A DNA stretch of 64,000 bases from Candidatus Eiseniibacteriota bacterium (lineage in GTDB: Bacteria; Eisenbacteria; RBG-16-71-46; CAVPCR01). The stretch is from contig CAWGMA010000002.1 of the NCBI GenBank assembly GCA_963823555.1, positions 96,001 through 160,000 on the forward strand, given 5' to 3'. The position numbers and the translations under genes are program-made. Below the pieces are notes generated by a model that saw nothing but the letters and a program-made list of their open reading frames with translations, made no database searches and was not told the DNA's origin. Positions within the stretch are counted from its first letter, which is position 1. Each line of letters begins with the position of its first letter. Positions 1 through 10,762 of this stretch are shown here, piece by piece.

Positions 1-1091
<1,091 letters not shown>

Positions 1092-1167
1092 CGCATCACC
1101 TCGGGGATCGTACCCCCATTTCACCACTCGATGGTATCACGTCGCTGCGTGGTTCATGCGCGGCGCT

Positions 1168-1821
1168 TCATGCGAACAGCTCCCGGAGCTCCGAGAAGCG
1201 GGAGATCGTGTGGTCGGGGCGGGCTGCGGCCAGGATCGCCGCGCTCGTGAAGCCGTAGGTCACGGCGCAAGTGCGAATATGGGCGCGTTGGCCGGCCTCG
1301 ATGTCGGTGATCCCGTCGCCGACGATGACAGCGCGCGACGGGGATGCGCCGAGCTGCTCGAGGGCATGGAGAAGGGGTGCCGGGTCCGGCTTGAGCACGT
1401 TTCCCGGCCCGAGCGAGCCGCCGCCGACGATGACCGGGATGGGGTTGGCAAGGCCGATGCCGGTGATGATCTGACGGGCGAAGTCCTCGGGCTTGTTGGT
1501 GACGACGGCGAGGGCCTTCTCGTGGAAGTGGTCGAGCGTCTCCCGCACTCCAGGGTAGAGCGAGGTCTGGTCGAGGCAGTGGGCACGGTAGTGGCTGCGA
1601 AAGGCCGCGGTCGCCGGCCCGATGATGGCGGGATCCGTGGTCTCGAAAGAGCGGTGGAGGAGCGTCGCCACGCCATGGCCCACATAGCCCGTGATGACCG
1701 CGGCCGGCTTCGGCGGCCGGCCGGCGGCGGTGAGGGCGGCGTTCACCGCCGCCGCGAGGTCGAGCCGCGAGTCGACCAGGGTGCCGTCGAGATCGAAGAG
1801 GAAGGCATCGAGCGCAATCAC
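1168..1821 (-). CDS. HAD-family hydrolase, phosphoglycolate phosphatase-like
   Basis: FDLDGTLVDS motif I, VVTNKP, KPDPAPL, VGDGITDIEAG. GTG start at 1821 lies 7 nt after a -10 box. Confidence 0.9.
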   Translation of the reverse strand: MIALDAFLFDLDGTLVDSRLDLAAAVNAALTAAGRPPKPAAVITGYVGHGVATLLHRSFETTDPAIIGPATAAFRSHYRAHCLDQTSLYPGVRETLDHFHEKALAVVTNKPEDFARQIITGIGLANPIPVIVGGGSLGPGNVLKPDPAPLLHALEQLGASPSRAVIVGDGITDIEAGQRAHIRTCAVTYGFTSAAILAAARPDHTISRFSELRELFA

Positions 1822-1828
1822 GCGGAGG

Positions 1829-1857
1829 AGGCTAACGAGCGGTGATCCAGGGGTCAA
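1829..1857 (-). promoter_or_regulatory. sigma70-type promoter, leaderless, for the HAD gene
   Basis: Minus strand TTGACC-N17-TAGCCT-N7-GTG. Confidence 0.6.
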
Positions 1858-1915
1858 TGCCACCGCACCGGATCGGACTTGCAACACGCGAGTGCTCTCC
1901 ATAGGGTGCGATTCG

Positions 1916-2860
1916 ATGGATCAGGATGCGAGAAGAACCTGGCTTGGCCTGGGGGCTCTGGTCCTCCTCGTCTGGGCGCACGGCGCCTGGATCGCGGCCC
2001 GCGGATCGGGAATCACCGCGGCCACGGGGGCCGACATCCCGGCTCCGGCTGCCGCCCTCCTCGGCGCCACCAGCGCCGCCGTGGCCCTGGCGAGCGTGAC
2101 CGCCCTGGCGGCCGGCATCGAGGGATTCCGCCCCCTCGCGCTCGTGCCCGCTCTTCTCACCGCCTCTTCTCCCCTGTTCGCCGGGAGCCTGTTCGCCGGC
2201 GGTGTCGAAACGCTGGTGGCAGCCCTGTTCCTCCTCGGTGCGCAGTGCTCCTTCAGCGAGACTCACGTCTCGGGGCGGTTTCCCCTGTCCGCCCTTCTCT
2301 TCGGCGTGGGTGCTGCGCTCTGGTCCGGTGGTCCGGCCGTCCTCGTCGCGGTGGCGGCACAGAAAGTGGTTTTTACTCGCAAGTTTCGGCTGGGACGGGC
2401 AAGCCTGATCTTCGCCGGGGTGTGGCTCCTGCTCGGGCTCGGGGTATGGTGTGCTCTTCGTCTGGGTATGGATATCGTTCCGCATGGCGCTGCGCCCCCG
2501 GCCGGGGTCTGGACCGTCCTTCGTGAGTTCTGGCGGCAGGTGGACGGCCTGGCGGCCCTTCCCCTGGTGCTCGTCCTGGCTGCCGGCTGGAAGTCGAAGG
2601 CGGTCTTCTTCCGCTTGAGCCTCGCCGCTTTCGTCCTGGCTGGCTGCCTGGTCGCGGCGGCCACCGCTCACGAGCTGCCTCGTGCGCTGGTTCCGGCGCT
2701 GCCGTTCGCCTTCCTCGTGGTCGGCGACGCGCTGGCCGCCGTCCTCGGCCTCGGAGAGGCGGCCGGCCTGCGCGGCCGGATGCGAGCCGTAACGGCCACG
2801 GCGCTGGCCGCGGCGTTCGCCCTCGGTCAGCTGTGGCCGACGCTGGCGGGTCTCGGCTGA
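1916..2860 (+). CDS. polytopic membrane protein, hypothetical
   Basis: Many hydrophobic segments from MDQDARR onward. The longer ORF start at 1691 overlaps the HAD gene. Confidence 0.65.
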   Translation: MDQDARRTWLGLGALVLLVWAHGAWIAARGSGITAATGADIPAPAAALLGATSAAVALASVTALAAGIEGFRPLALVPALLTASSPLFAGSLFAGGVETLVAALFLLGAQCSFSETHVSGRFPLSALLFGVGAALWSGGPAVLVAVAAQKVVFTRKFRLGRASLIFAGVWLLLGLGVWCALRLGMDIVPHGAAPPAGVWTVLREFWRQVDGLAALPLVLVLAAGWKSKAVFFRLSLAAFVLAGCLVAAATAHELPRALVPALPFAFLVVGDALAAVLGLGEAAGLRGRMRAVTATALAAAFALGQLWPTLAGLG

Positions 2861-2894
2861 GCGCGGTGGAGGAACATCTCCGAGCTGATACGCG

Positions 2895-3491
2895 ATGAAC
2901 GAAGAACACATCATCATCGACGGCTACAACGCGATCTTCCGCCATCCCGCCTTGCGTGCGGTGGCTACCGCCGATCTGGAGCGGGCTCGCACCGAACTCG
3001 CGCGTCGCGTCGCCGAGGCCTTTCCCGGCCACACGACCCTCCTGGTCATCGTCTTCGATGGCCACCGTGACGTGGCGCTGGCAGGCCGGACACGACGTTT
3101 CGGTCGAGTACGAGTCATCTTCTCGCGCCCGCCGGAGTCGGCCGATCAGCGCATCCAGAAGCTCATCGAGGAGGCGCGCCGGGTGAAGCAGGGGCGCCGC
3201 CGGCTCGATTTCCGCGTCGTGAGCTCCGACCGCGAGGTTTCCGGGCGGGCTCGTCTCTGGGGGGCCCGCGCGGTCAGCAGCGACGAGTTCCTGAAGGAGG
3301 TCGAGGAGCGGCGCGGGGTCGCCGCCCGCACGCGAGAAGCCGCCGCGGCGCGGCAGCCGGCCCACGAGCCGCGGGTGGCGAAGGATGGAGTTCCGGATGT
3401 GATCCCGACGCCGAGTGAAGTGGATCAGTGGGAGAAGCTCTTCCGCACGCGGTCCCCACGGCCGGAAGATGACGAGGAGGACGCCGGCTGA
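2895..3491 (+). CDS. NYN domain (YacP-like) putative ribonuclease
   Basis: IIDGYN, IVFDG, ESADQRI and VVSSDREV motifs. Confidence 0.85.
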   Translation: MNEEHIIIDGYNAIFRHPALRAVATADLERARTELARRVAEAFPGHTTLLVIVFDGHRDVALAGRTRRFGRVRVIFSRPPESADQRIQKLIEEARRVKQGRRRLDFRVVSSDREVSGRARLWGARAVSSDEFLKEVEERRGVAARTREAAAARQPAHEPRVAKDGVPDVIPTPSEVDQWEKLFRTRSPRPEDDEEDAG

Positions 3492-3520
3492 GAACCCGGC
3501 GCGGCAGATTGGAGCGGGTC

Positions 3521-3874
3521 CTACTCGTCGTCGTCAGCGGGTCTCTTCTTGAAAAGGGCCTCCAGCCGGGCCCGGGCCTCGCTGGCCCGTGCTTCGCTCG
3601 GCGGCGATCCTGACCGGCGCGGCTCGCTGCGTGCCGCCTCGCTCTTTCCCCCGGCTCTCGCGCCGGCAAGGGCGAAGAACTCGCAGAAGTTCGCCTTGTC
3701 ACGGTCGCGTACCGGCTCGGCCTCCGGTTCCAGGCATTGGTTGTGAAGCGTGGGCTCATGAAACCGGCACTGGAGGCAGACGTGGAGGTGAGCGTCGCAG
3801 CGCGGGCAAAGCGTGTTGCGCATGACCTTGAAGTCGGCAGGGAGCTCCGCTTCGCAGAAGACGCAGTACGGCAT
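3521..3874 (-). CDS. small Cys-rich zinc-ribbon protein
   Basis: MPYCVFC..CPRC..HVCLQCRFH..NQC..ANFCEFF; ends ARARLEALFKK; GGAG RBS upstream. Confidence 0.75.
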   Translation of the reverse strand: MPYCVFCEAELPADFKVMRNTLCPRCDAHLHVCLQCRFHEPTLHNQCLEPEAEPVRDRDKANFCEFFALAGARAGGKSEAARSEPRRSGSPPSEARASEARARLEALFKKRPADDDE

Positions 3875-4175
3875 CTCATCTCCTTCCGACCAGCGGCCGT
3901 CCCCGGGGGCCGGACTTCCGGTCCCGCGCCGGGACCGCAGAGGAACGGCGCCGCGGCTCGCGCCGGCTCCGCGACCCCCCGCAGCGATGTTCTGCCCGGG
4001 TGGGCACCTCCGGCGCCACTTCCCGCCCCACCTGAGGATCGCAGCCGCCAGGCGGGCTGTCAAACCCCTCGCTCGAATCCACCGCCCCCCGCGCCTCCCG
4101 CTCGCGCGAACTCTGAAAATGGTTTAGCCTCGGCGCGCCATTCGCGTCAGGGGACGCCAGCGTGGCCACAATCCA

Positions 4176-5300
4176 ATGACTGACGATCTCACCCTTTCAA
4201 GCATCGAGAGCGGCGATTCCTCGGTGCTCGCCCTGGGCGGGGCGCTCGACACCACGACGTCGCCCCGCCTGGCGAACCTGCTCGCCGAGGTCGTTGCGCG
4301 CGGGATTCGCGGGCAGCGGCTGGTGCTCGACCTGAGCGATCTCAGCTATGTCGACTCGACCGGCGTCGCCGTCATCCTCGATATCCGCGAGCGCCTCGGT
4401 GCGGACGGCATCGATCTCCGGCTGCGCGGTGCCAGCGAACGGGTGCGCAAGGTGTTCGCGCTCACGCTGGCGCGGGCCGGCGAGCTCGAGGAGGAGGCGC
4501 CGGCGCAGTTCTGGAACCCGCTGGCCGCCGCAGGGGAAGCGGCCATGCGGTTCAAGGAAAGGGCCCTCGACACCGTGGTCCAGGTCGGGGAGATCGCCTA
4601 CGCCCTGCTCGTGGCTCCGTGGCGCGGGCAGCCCGTTCGCTTCCAGGACACCGTGCAGCAGCTCGGCGTCTTCGGAGTCGACGCGGTGCCGATCATCGCC
4701 CTGATCGCGCTCCTCATGGGTCTCATCCTGGGGATGCAGGCGGCGCACCAGCTCCGCCAGTTCGGCGCGTCGATCTTTGTCGCCGATCTGGTGGGCGTGG
4801 CGACGACCCGGGAGCTGGGACCGCTCATCACGGCCATCGTGGTGGCCGGGCGCTCAGGCTCGGCGATCGCCGCCGAGATCGGCACCATGGTGGTGACCGA
4901 GGAGATCGACGCCCTGCGTACCATGGGCCTGCATCCGACCCGCTACCTCTTCGTGCCGCGCATCCTGGCCGTCACCCTCGCGGTGCCGATGCTCTCCGTC
5001 ATCGCCAACAGCATCGCGATCCTCGGCGGGATGATCATCGGCGTCCTCCATCTCGGGATCGGTCCGCACGCCTATTTCGACCGCACGATCCAGGCCCTGG
5101 TCATGGGCGATGTGGTCACCGGGTTGGTCAAGGCCCTGGTCTTCGGGCTCATCATCGGCAATGTCGGCGTGTTCGAAGGGTTCCACGTCCGCGGCGGGGC
5201 CGAGGGTGTGGGGCGGGCCACCACGCAGTCGGTGGTGGCTGCGATCTTCCTCATCATCGTGGCGGATGCTGTGTTCACCGCGATCTTCTACTTCGTATGA
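4176..5300 (+). CDS. mlaE: STAS domain-MlaE family ABC permease fusion
   Basis: N-terminal STAS (LDLSDLSYVDSTG); RELGPLITAIVVAGRSGSAIAAEIGTM..EEIDAL; GAEGVGRATT. Confidence 0.93.
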   Translation: MTDDLTLSSIESGDSSVLALGGALDTTTSPRLANLLAEVVARGIRGQRLVLDLSDLSYVDSTGVAVILDIRERLGADGIDLRLRGASERVRKVFALTLARAGELEEEAPAQFWNPLAAAGEAAMRFKERALDTVVQVGEIAYALLVAPWRGQPVRFQDTVQQLGVFGVDAVPIIALIALLMGLILGMQAAHQLRQFGASIFVADLVGVATTRELGPLITAIVVAGRSGSAIAAEIGTMVVTEEIDALRTMGLHPTRYLFVPRILAVTLAVPMLSVIANSIAILGGMIIGVLHLGIGPHAYFDRTIQALVMGDVVTGLVKALVFGLIIGNVGVFEGFHVRGGAEGVGRATTQSVVAAIFLIIVADAVFTAIFYFV

Positions 5301-6115
5301 ACGGGGAGCGGTTGGGCGTGCCAGCGGCGAGCGCGACAGCGGTGGTCGAAGTCAGGGACCTCACGAGCTCCTATGGCGATCGTCAGGTGCTGCACGGGGT
5401 GTCGCTCGAGGTCGAGCCCGCCGAGGTCCATGTCATCCTCGGGCCATCGGGCTGCGGGAAGTCGACGCTCCTCAAACACCTGGTGGGCCTGCTGGAGGCC
5501 GACAGCGGCTCGATCCGGCTCTTCCGCGAGGAGATCGTCGGGCGCGACGAGGAAGCCCTGGCTCCCCTTCTCGCTCGCACCGGGGTTCTGTTCCAGGGTG
5601 GTGCCTTGATCCAGTCGATGACCGTGATCGAGAACGTCATGCTGCCGCTCCGCGAACACACCGCGCTCGCCCGCGCCGAGATCGAGCTCGTGGCGCAGCT
5701 CAAGCTGGCCACCGTCGGGCTGGCCGCCTTCCAGCATTTGCTGCCGGCTGAGCTCTCGGGGGGCATGCGGAAGCGGGCCGCGCTGGCCCGGGCCATCGCC
5801 CTCGATCCCGAACTCGTTCTCTGCGACGAGCCCAACGCCGGGCTCGATCCGGTCACGGCGGCCGGGATCGATCGCCTCATCCTCGACCTGCGTGATGCGC
5901 TGGGCATCACGATGATCGTCGTTTCGCACGAGCTGCAATCGATCCGCCGCACCGCGGATCACATCACCATGTTGCAGGAAGGAGCGGTGGTGGCCCGGGG
6001 GCCCATCGCCGATCTCGAACAGTCTTCCGATCCGCGGATCCGTAGTTTCTTCCAGGGCCTGCCGCCTGCGGAGTCGGTCCGGGATCGAACGCTCGCGGAG
6101 CTGTTTCTGGACTGA
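5297..6115 (+). CDS. mlaF: MlaF-type ABC ATP-binding protein
   Basis: GPSGCGKS, LSGGMRKRAALARA, DEPNAGLDP. ATG overlaps the mlaE stop (ATGA). Confidence 0.93.
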   Translation: MNGERLGVPAASATAVVEVRDLTSSYGDRQVLHGVSLEVEPAEVHVILGPSGCGKSTLLKHLVGLLEADSGSIRLFREEIVGRDEEALAPLLARTGVLFQGGALIQSMTVIENVMLPLREHTALARAEIELVAQLKLATVGLAAFQHLLPAELSGGMRKRAALARAIALDPELVLCDEPNAGLDPVTAAGIDRLILDLRDALGITMIVVSHELQSIRRTADHITMLQEGAVVARGPIADLEQSSDPRIRSFFQGLPPAESVRDRTLAELFLD

Positions 6116-6148
6116 GCGCTCGGGCGCCTCGCCGCCAAGAGGTCTCTT

Positions 6149-7099
6149 ATGCCACGCAGCCAAAACTGGAAAGTCGGGCTCTTCGTACTCGTCGCGGTGG
6201 TCCTGCTCGTCGCGACGATCCTGCTCATGATCGGCGTCCAGCTCGCGCGCCCGCGCGATCGTTACAAGATCCGTTTCGAGGAGTCGGTCAGCGGGCTCGA
6301 GAACGGGAGCGCGGTGCGTTACCGCGGCGTGCCCGTGGGTACGGTCGAGAAGATCCTGATCCCCAAGGATGACATCGGCAAGGTCGAGGTGCACATCGCG
6401 GTCGAGCCCGACATGCCGATCAAGGCCGACACCAAGGCCGTTCTGAGCACGGTCGGACTCACCGGGCTCCAGTTCGTCGATCTGGTGGCCGGGACGCCCG
6501 AGGCGCCGCCGCTCGAGCCGGGTAGCTTCATTCCAGCGCAGATGTCGGTCTTGGGGGCCCTGACCGGCACCGCCCAGGGCGCCGCCGAAAAGCTCGATGT
6601 ACTGCTTGCCAACCTGCTCTACATCACCGATCGGCAGAAAGTGGACAAGCTGGTGGGAGAGATTGATGCCGTGCTCTCGTCTCTACGCAAGTCGTCGGGG
6701 CAGGCTTCGGACCTGATTGCCACGGCGACGGGCGCCGCGGCGCAGATGGACTCCCTCATGACCACCATGAACGGACTGCTGCGCCGCAACGAGGGCCATC
6801 TCGATTCGGTGCTGGTGAACCTCGATGGGACCCTGGCCGCGCTCAACCGCAGCCTGGCCGAGATCGAGCGCACCGAGCTCGTGGCCAACGCCGGCGCCAC
6901 ATCGGCGGCCGTGCGCGATGTCTCCGAGGATCTGCGCGAGATCATCGGCATCCATCGGCGCACGATCTCGGAGACCCTGGTCAACCTGCGCGAAACATCC
7001 GCCAACCTGAACGAGTTCTCGCGCCATGTCCGCGACCAGCCGTCGCTGCTCTTGAGGAGCACGCCGGAGAGTGGGCCTGATATTCCGGGGGTGAAGTGA
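6149..7099 (+). CDS. mlaD: MlaD/MCE family protein with long helical tail
   Basis: KVGLFV TM anchor, ESVSGLENGSAVRYRGVPVGTV, GLTGLQFVDL; ends QPSLLL. Confidence 0.9.
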   Translation: MPRSQNWKVGLFVLVAVVLLVATILLMIGVQLARPRDRYKIRFEESVSGLENGSAVRYRGVPVGTVEKILIPKDDIGKVEVHIAVEPDMPIKADTKAVLSTVGLTGLQFVDLVAGTPEAPPLEPGSFIPAQMSVLGALTGTAQGAAEKLDVLLANLLYITDRQKVDKLVGEIDAVLSSLRKSSGQASDLIATATGAAAQMDSLMTTMNGLLRRNEGHLDSVLVNLDGTLAALNRSLAEIERTELVANAGATSAAVRDVSEDLREIIGIHRRTISETLVNLRETSANLNEFSRHVRDQPSLLLRSTPESGPDIPGVK

Positions 7100-7710
7100 T
7101 GAGACGCATGTCTTGGCAGGCGGCACCCTTCCTGCTTGCGCTGCTCCTCGCCGGTTGCGGCGGCACCGTTCCGGCGGCGCGCTACTACGTGCTCGACTAC
7201 GAGATGCCCCCCGCGCCGCGGCAAACGCCCGCCGACCTGGTGCTCGGGATCGAGGGCTTCTCGACATCGCCGCTCTTGTCGGACCGGCGGATCGCCCATC
7301 GGGCCAGCGCCCACGAGGTGGTGTACTACCCGAATCACTACTGGGCGGCGTCTCCCGGCGCCCTGGTGGCCGAGCAGATCGCCCGCCGTGTGCGCCATGC
7401 CGGGGCCGTGCGCGCCGTCGAAGTGGCGCCCTACGGGCGCACGCCGGACTGGCTCCTCGGCGGCTCGATCGACGAGTTCGAGGAGGTCGAGCGCGGCGGG
7501 CAATCGGTGGCGCACATCGCGATGACCGTTCGCCTGGAGACCGTCGCCGACCGGCGCATCCTGCGCGAGGAGGAGATCGAGGTGGAGCGGCCGGTCACGC
7601 GGCGCAACCCGGAACAGGTGGCCGCGGCGATGAGCGCCGCGGTTGCCGAGGCGTCGGCCCAGGTGCTGGGGATCATCCAGCAGGAAGCGCTGGAGAGCGC
7701 GTCCCGCTAG
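7099..7710 (+). CDS. PqiC-like ABC auxiliary lipoprotein
   Basis: Lipobox LAGC, RYYVL, YYPNHYWAASP; last gene of the mla operon. Confidence 0.85.
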   Translation: MRRMSWQAAPFLLALLLAGCGGTVPAARYYVLDYEMPPAPRQTPADLVLGIEGFSTSPLLSDRRIAHRASAHEVVYYPNHYWAASPGALVAEQIARRVRHAGAVRAVEVAPYGRTPDWLLGGSIDEFEEVERGGQSVAHIAMTVRLETVADRRILREEEIEVERPVTRRNPEQVAAAMSAAVAEASAQVLGIIQQEALESASR

Positions 7711-8972
7711 AGCGCCGCCGGGGTCACCAGCCCCTTCTTGAGCAGGTGACGCTCGTAGATGGCGTCGATCCGCGCCACCATGCGTTCCACCGGGAATTCG
7801 CGCTCGACTAGGGCGCGTCCCGTCGCGGCCATTCGCTGTCCAAGCCCGGGATCGTCCAGGAGATCGAGCACCCGCCGGGCAACCTGAGCGGAGTCGAGCG
7901 GGGGCACGAGAAACCCGGTCTGCCCGTCGGCGATCACTTCGGGGGCTCCATCGAGGGCGAAGGTCACCACGGGGCGTCCCACCGCCAGCGCTTGCGGCAG
8001 CACGCGCGCGATCCCCTCGCGCAGGGATGTGTGCACGACGATGTCCATGGCGGCGATCGCCGCCGGCACCTCGGCCGGGGGGAGCAATCCCGTGAAATGC
8101 ACGACGGGGGCCAGTCCCCGCTCACGGGCCTCGGCTTCCAGCTCCTGGCGCAGGATCCCGTTGCCGACGATCAGGAAATGCACCTCGGGGCGCGCGGCGT
8201 GGATGGCCGCGGCCGCCGCGAAGAACTGCGCGTGTCCCTTGAGCGGGAAGAGCCGCCCCACCTTGCCGATGACCGCGGCGTCGTCCGGAATGCCGAAGCG
8301 CCGGCGGAACGCCACGCGGTCGAAACGCTGATCCGCGTCGAGAAAGGGCTCGAGCTCCATCCCGCTGAAGACGGTCTCGTAGCGTCCGGGATGACCGATT
8401 CCGGCCGCCAGCGCGGCGCGCGCGGTGGTATCGCTCACCGTGATGAGCTGGTCGGCGAGCGGTTCGCAGGCGCGCTCGATAGCCACATAGAGACGGTTCA
8501 CATGGCGGCTCTGGTACTCGTGGAATGCCAGTCCATGCATGGTGTGGATGATGACCGGGGTGCCAGCGAGGCGAGCGGCGATGCGGCCGATGATCCCGGC
8601 CTTGGTGGCGTGGGTGTGCACGACGTGAAAGCGGCCGGCCCGGATGAAGCGGGTCAGCTCGATCAGCGCCCGGAGGTCCGTGAGCGGCTTGATGGGCCGG
8701 ACGAGATGCGGCGAGAAGACGATGTTGACGCCTTTCTCGTGGGCGACATCGTGCAGATTGCCTTCCGGGCCAAGATCGATCCCCGTGAGGAGAGTGACCT
8801 CGTAGCGCGGGTCGCGCATCTGCCCGAGCACGGTGTAGAGCGTGTTCTCCATCGCGCCGCCGATGATGAAGCGCGTGATGACATGGAGAACGCGGATCGG
8901 CTGGCCGTCTTGCGGCTCGGGGCGGACGCCGCCGGGGGGCGGACCCGGGCTCTCTTCGGCTGCGTGGCTCAT
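7707..8972 (-). CDS. glycosyltransferase family 4
   Basis: VLHVITRFIIGGA, HTHATKAG, VGRLFPLKG, SLREGIARVLPQALA. Confidence 0.92.
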   Translation of the reverse strand: MSHAAEESPGPPPGGVRPEPQDGQPIRVLHVITRFIIGGAMENTLYTVLGQMRDPRYEVTLLTGIDLGPEGNLHDVAHEKGVNIVFSPHLVRPIKPLTDLRALIELTRFIRAGRFHVVHTHATKAGIIGRIAARLAGTPVIIHTMHGLAFHEYQSRHVNRLYVAIERACEPLADQLITVSDTTARAALAAGIGHPGRYETVFSGMELEPFLDADQRFDRVAFRRRFGIPDDAAVIGKVGRLFPLKGHAQFFAAAAAIHAARPEVHFLIVGNGILRQELEAEARERGLAPVVHFTGLLPPAEVPAAIAAMDIVVHTSLREGIARVLPQALAVGRPVVTFALDGAPEVIADGQTGFLVPPLDSAQVARRVLDLLDDPGLGQRMAATGRALVEREFPVERMVARIDAIYERHLLKKGLVTPAAL

Positions 8973-9457
8973 TCTCTTGAGGAGGGTGTTCTCTCGGCAG
9001 GCCAGGTGGTGCGGGCGAGCCAGGGGGTTCGCTCACGCGGCGGCAGGCGACGACTGCACTCTAGCGGAAGCCGGGAGTTCCGGGCAATCGAGCTGGACTC
9101 GGGCCAGGACAGCTTGGGAGCCCTGTCGAACCCCTGGGGCCCGGAAACTGACCACTCGCGGGGGGGTGATTGACCCCCGGCCGGCCCCCTGGTACCAACT
9201 CCAACAGGTTATCGAAACGAGAGATGTGGCGGCCTCCGGCCGGGTGCGGTCCCCGGCGGAAGAGAGCCCCGGCCCCAAGTCCCGAGTGCCTCCCCCGACC
9301 GCAGCGTTCTGGTCCCGGCCGGTCCGCCCCGTGGCGGCCCGGCGCGTTTTCCGCGGCCCCTATGGGCAGCGAGATCCGGTTCGGCCCCCGAACCCCGTTC
9401 CGGATCGAGTTCCGGTCACAGCCCGACCGCGAAGGATCGCGGGCGAGGAGGACGTCC

Positions 9458-10702
9458 TTGACTGCTCCCGTTCATCCCGGCCCATCGCGACCGATCACGT
9501 TCCGCCCTCAGGGTCCCGTTCATGCCGGGAACGGGGGCCGCCCGGCGCCGCTACCGATCCAAGGGGCCGGCACGCCTCCAGGCGTCCCGGAGGAGCCGGA
9601 GACCGCGCTCAAGCCCCTCCGCCGGCAACCGGTGCTCCTGGCCAACGTCCGGAGGAAGCTCGGGCTCGTCCTCTCCTACATGCGGCAGCGACCGCTCTGG
9701 CTCACCTGGCAGGTCACCAATCGCTGCAACTTCGAGTGCTCGTTCTGCAACTACTGGAACGAGCCCTTCGACCTCGACGCTCAGCTCACTCCGGCCCAGT
9801 TCGCCGAGTCGGCCCGGAAGCTCTCTCGTATCGGCACCATGATGGTCTCGCTCGCCGGCGGCGAGCCGACCCTTCGCCGCGACCTCCCCGAGATCGTCGC
9901 CGCGGTCGGGCGCTGGCACTTTCCCTTCCTTACCACCAACGGCTGGGCGATCACCGAGAAGGTCGCTCGATCGCTGTGGGACGCGGGATTGTGGGGGGTG
10001 TCGATCTCGATCGACTACGCTACGGCTCATCGCCACGACGAGGAACGCGGGCGCGAAGGCGCCTTCAAGCACGCGGTCGAAGCGGTCGCGTTGCTCTCCC
10101 GGACTCGCACCAAACCCTATCAGCGCGTCAACATCAACGCCGTCCTCATGCAGGACAACCTCCACGAGATGGAAGGCCTGATCCGGATCGCGCGCGAGCA
10201 CAACGCGCTCTTCATGGTGCAGCCCTATGGCTTCCTGAAGACGGGTAGCCGCGACCCGATGCCGAAGGAGAGCATGTCGGCACATCTCCTCGAGCTCTCG
10301 CAGCGTTACGCCAACTTCAATTCCAATCCCGAATTCCTGCGAAGATTCGACGCCCACATCACCGAGGGGGTCGACGGCTGCCGGGCCGGGCGCAGCTTCT
10401 TCAACATCGATCAGTGGGGCAACATCTCCAAGTGCGTCGAGTACCGCGAGGACTCCCTCGGCCGCGTGCAGGACATGAGCGCCGAGGAGATCTGGCGCGT
10501 GCTCGCCCACGCCCACCGCACCAACGAGTGCACCGCCTGCTGGTACAACTGCCGCGGGGAGATCGAGTCCTTGTACACCCTCCGTGGCCTCAGGACCGGG
10601 TTGCCGAAGCTCTTCACCGTGCCGGGCGGGCACTGCGGCGGGCTCGGTGCCCCGGGGGCGGGGGCTTCTGAGGGCTTGTCGGCGATGCGCTCCGGCTCCT
10701 AG
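9458..10702 (+). CDS. radical SAM protein with C-terminal SPASM/twitch-like Cys motifs
   Basis: CNFECSFC, GGEP, TNG, CRAG..C..CTACWYNC. The TTG start at 9458 follows GAGGAGG, but the start is uncertain. Confidence 0.88.
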   Translation: MTAPVHPGPSRPITFRPQGPVHAGNGGRPAPLPIQGAGTPPGVPEEPETALKPLRRQPVLLANVRRKLGLVLSYMRQRPLWLTWQVTNRCNFECSFCNYWNEPFDLDAQLTPAQFAESARKLSRIGTMMVSLAGGEPTLRRDLPEIVAAVGRWHFPFLTTNGWAITEKVARSLWDAGLWGVSISIDYATAHRHDEERGREGAFKHAVEAVALLSRTRTKPYQRVNINAVLMQDNLHEMEGLIRIAREHNALFMVQPYGFLKTGSRDPMPKESMSAHLLELSQRYANFNSNPEFLRRFDAHITEGVDGCRAGRSFFNIDQWGNISKCVEYREDSLGRVQDMSAEEIWRVLAHAHRTNECTACWYNCRGEIESLYTLRGLRTGLPKLFTVPGGHCGGLGAPGAGASEGLSAMRSGS

Positions 10703-10762
10703 AGTAGAGGTGATCAGAAACGCGGCGCCCACTGGGGGCGCCGCGGATCCCAAGGAGCCTCT

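Noticed and set aside
2895..3874. NYN nuclease plus zinc-ribbon protein as a toxin-antitoxin or defence pair
   Set aside because: The genes are convergent rather than operonic, and YacP-like NYN proteins are usually housekeeping RNases.
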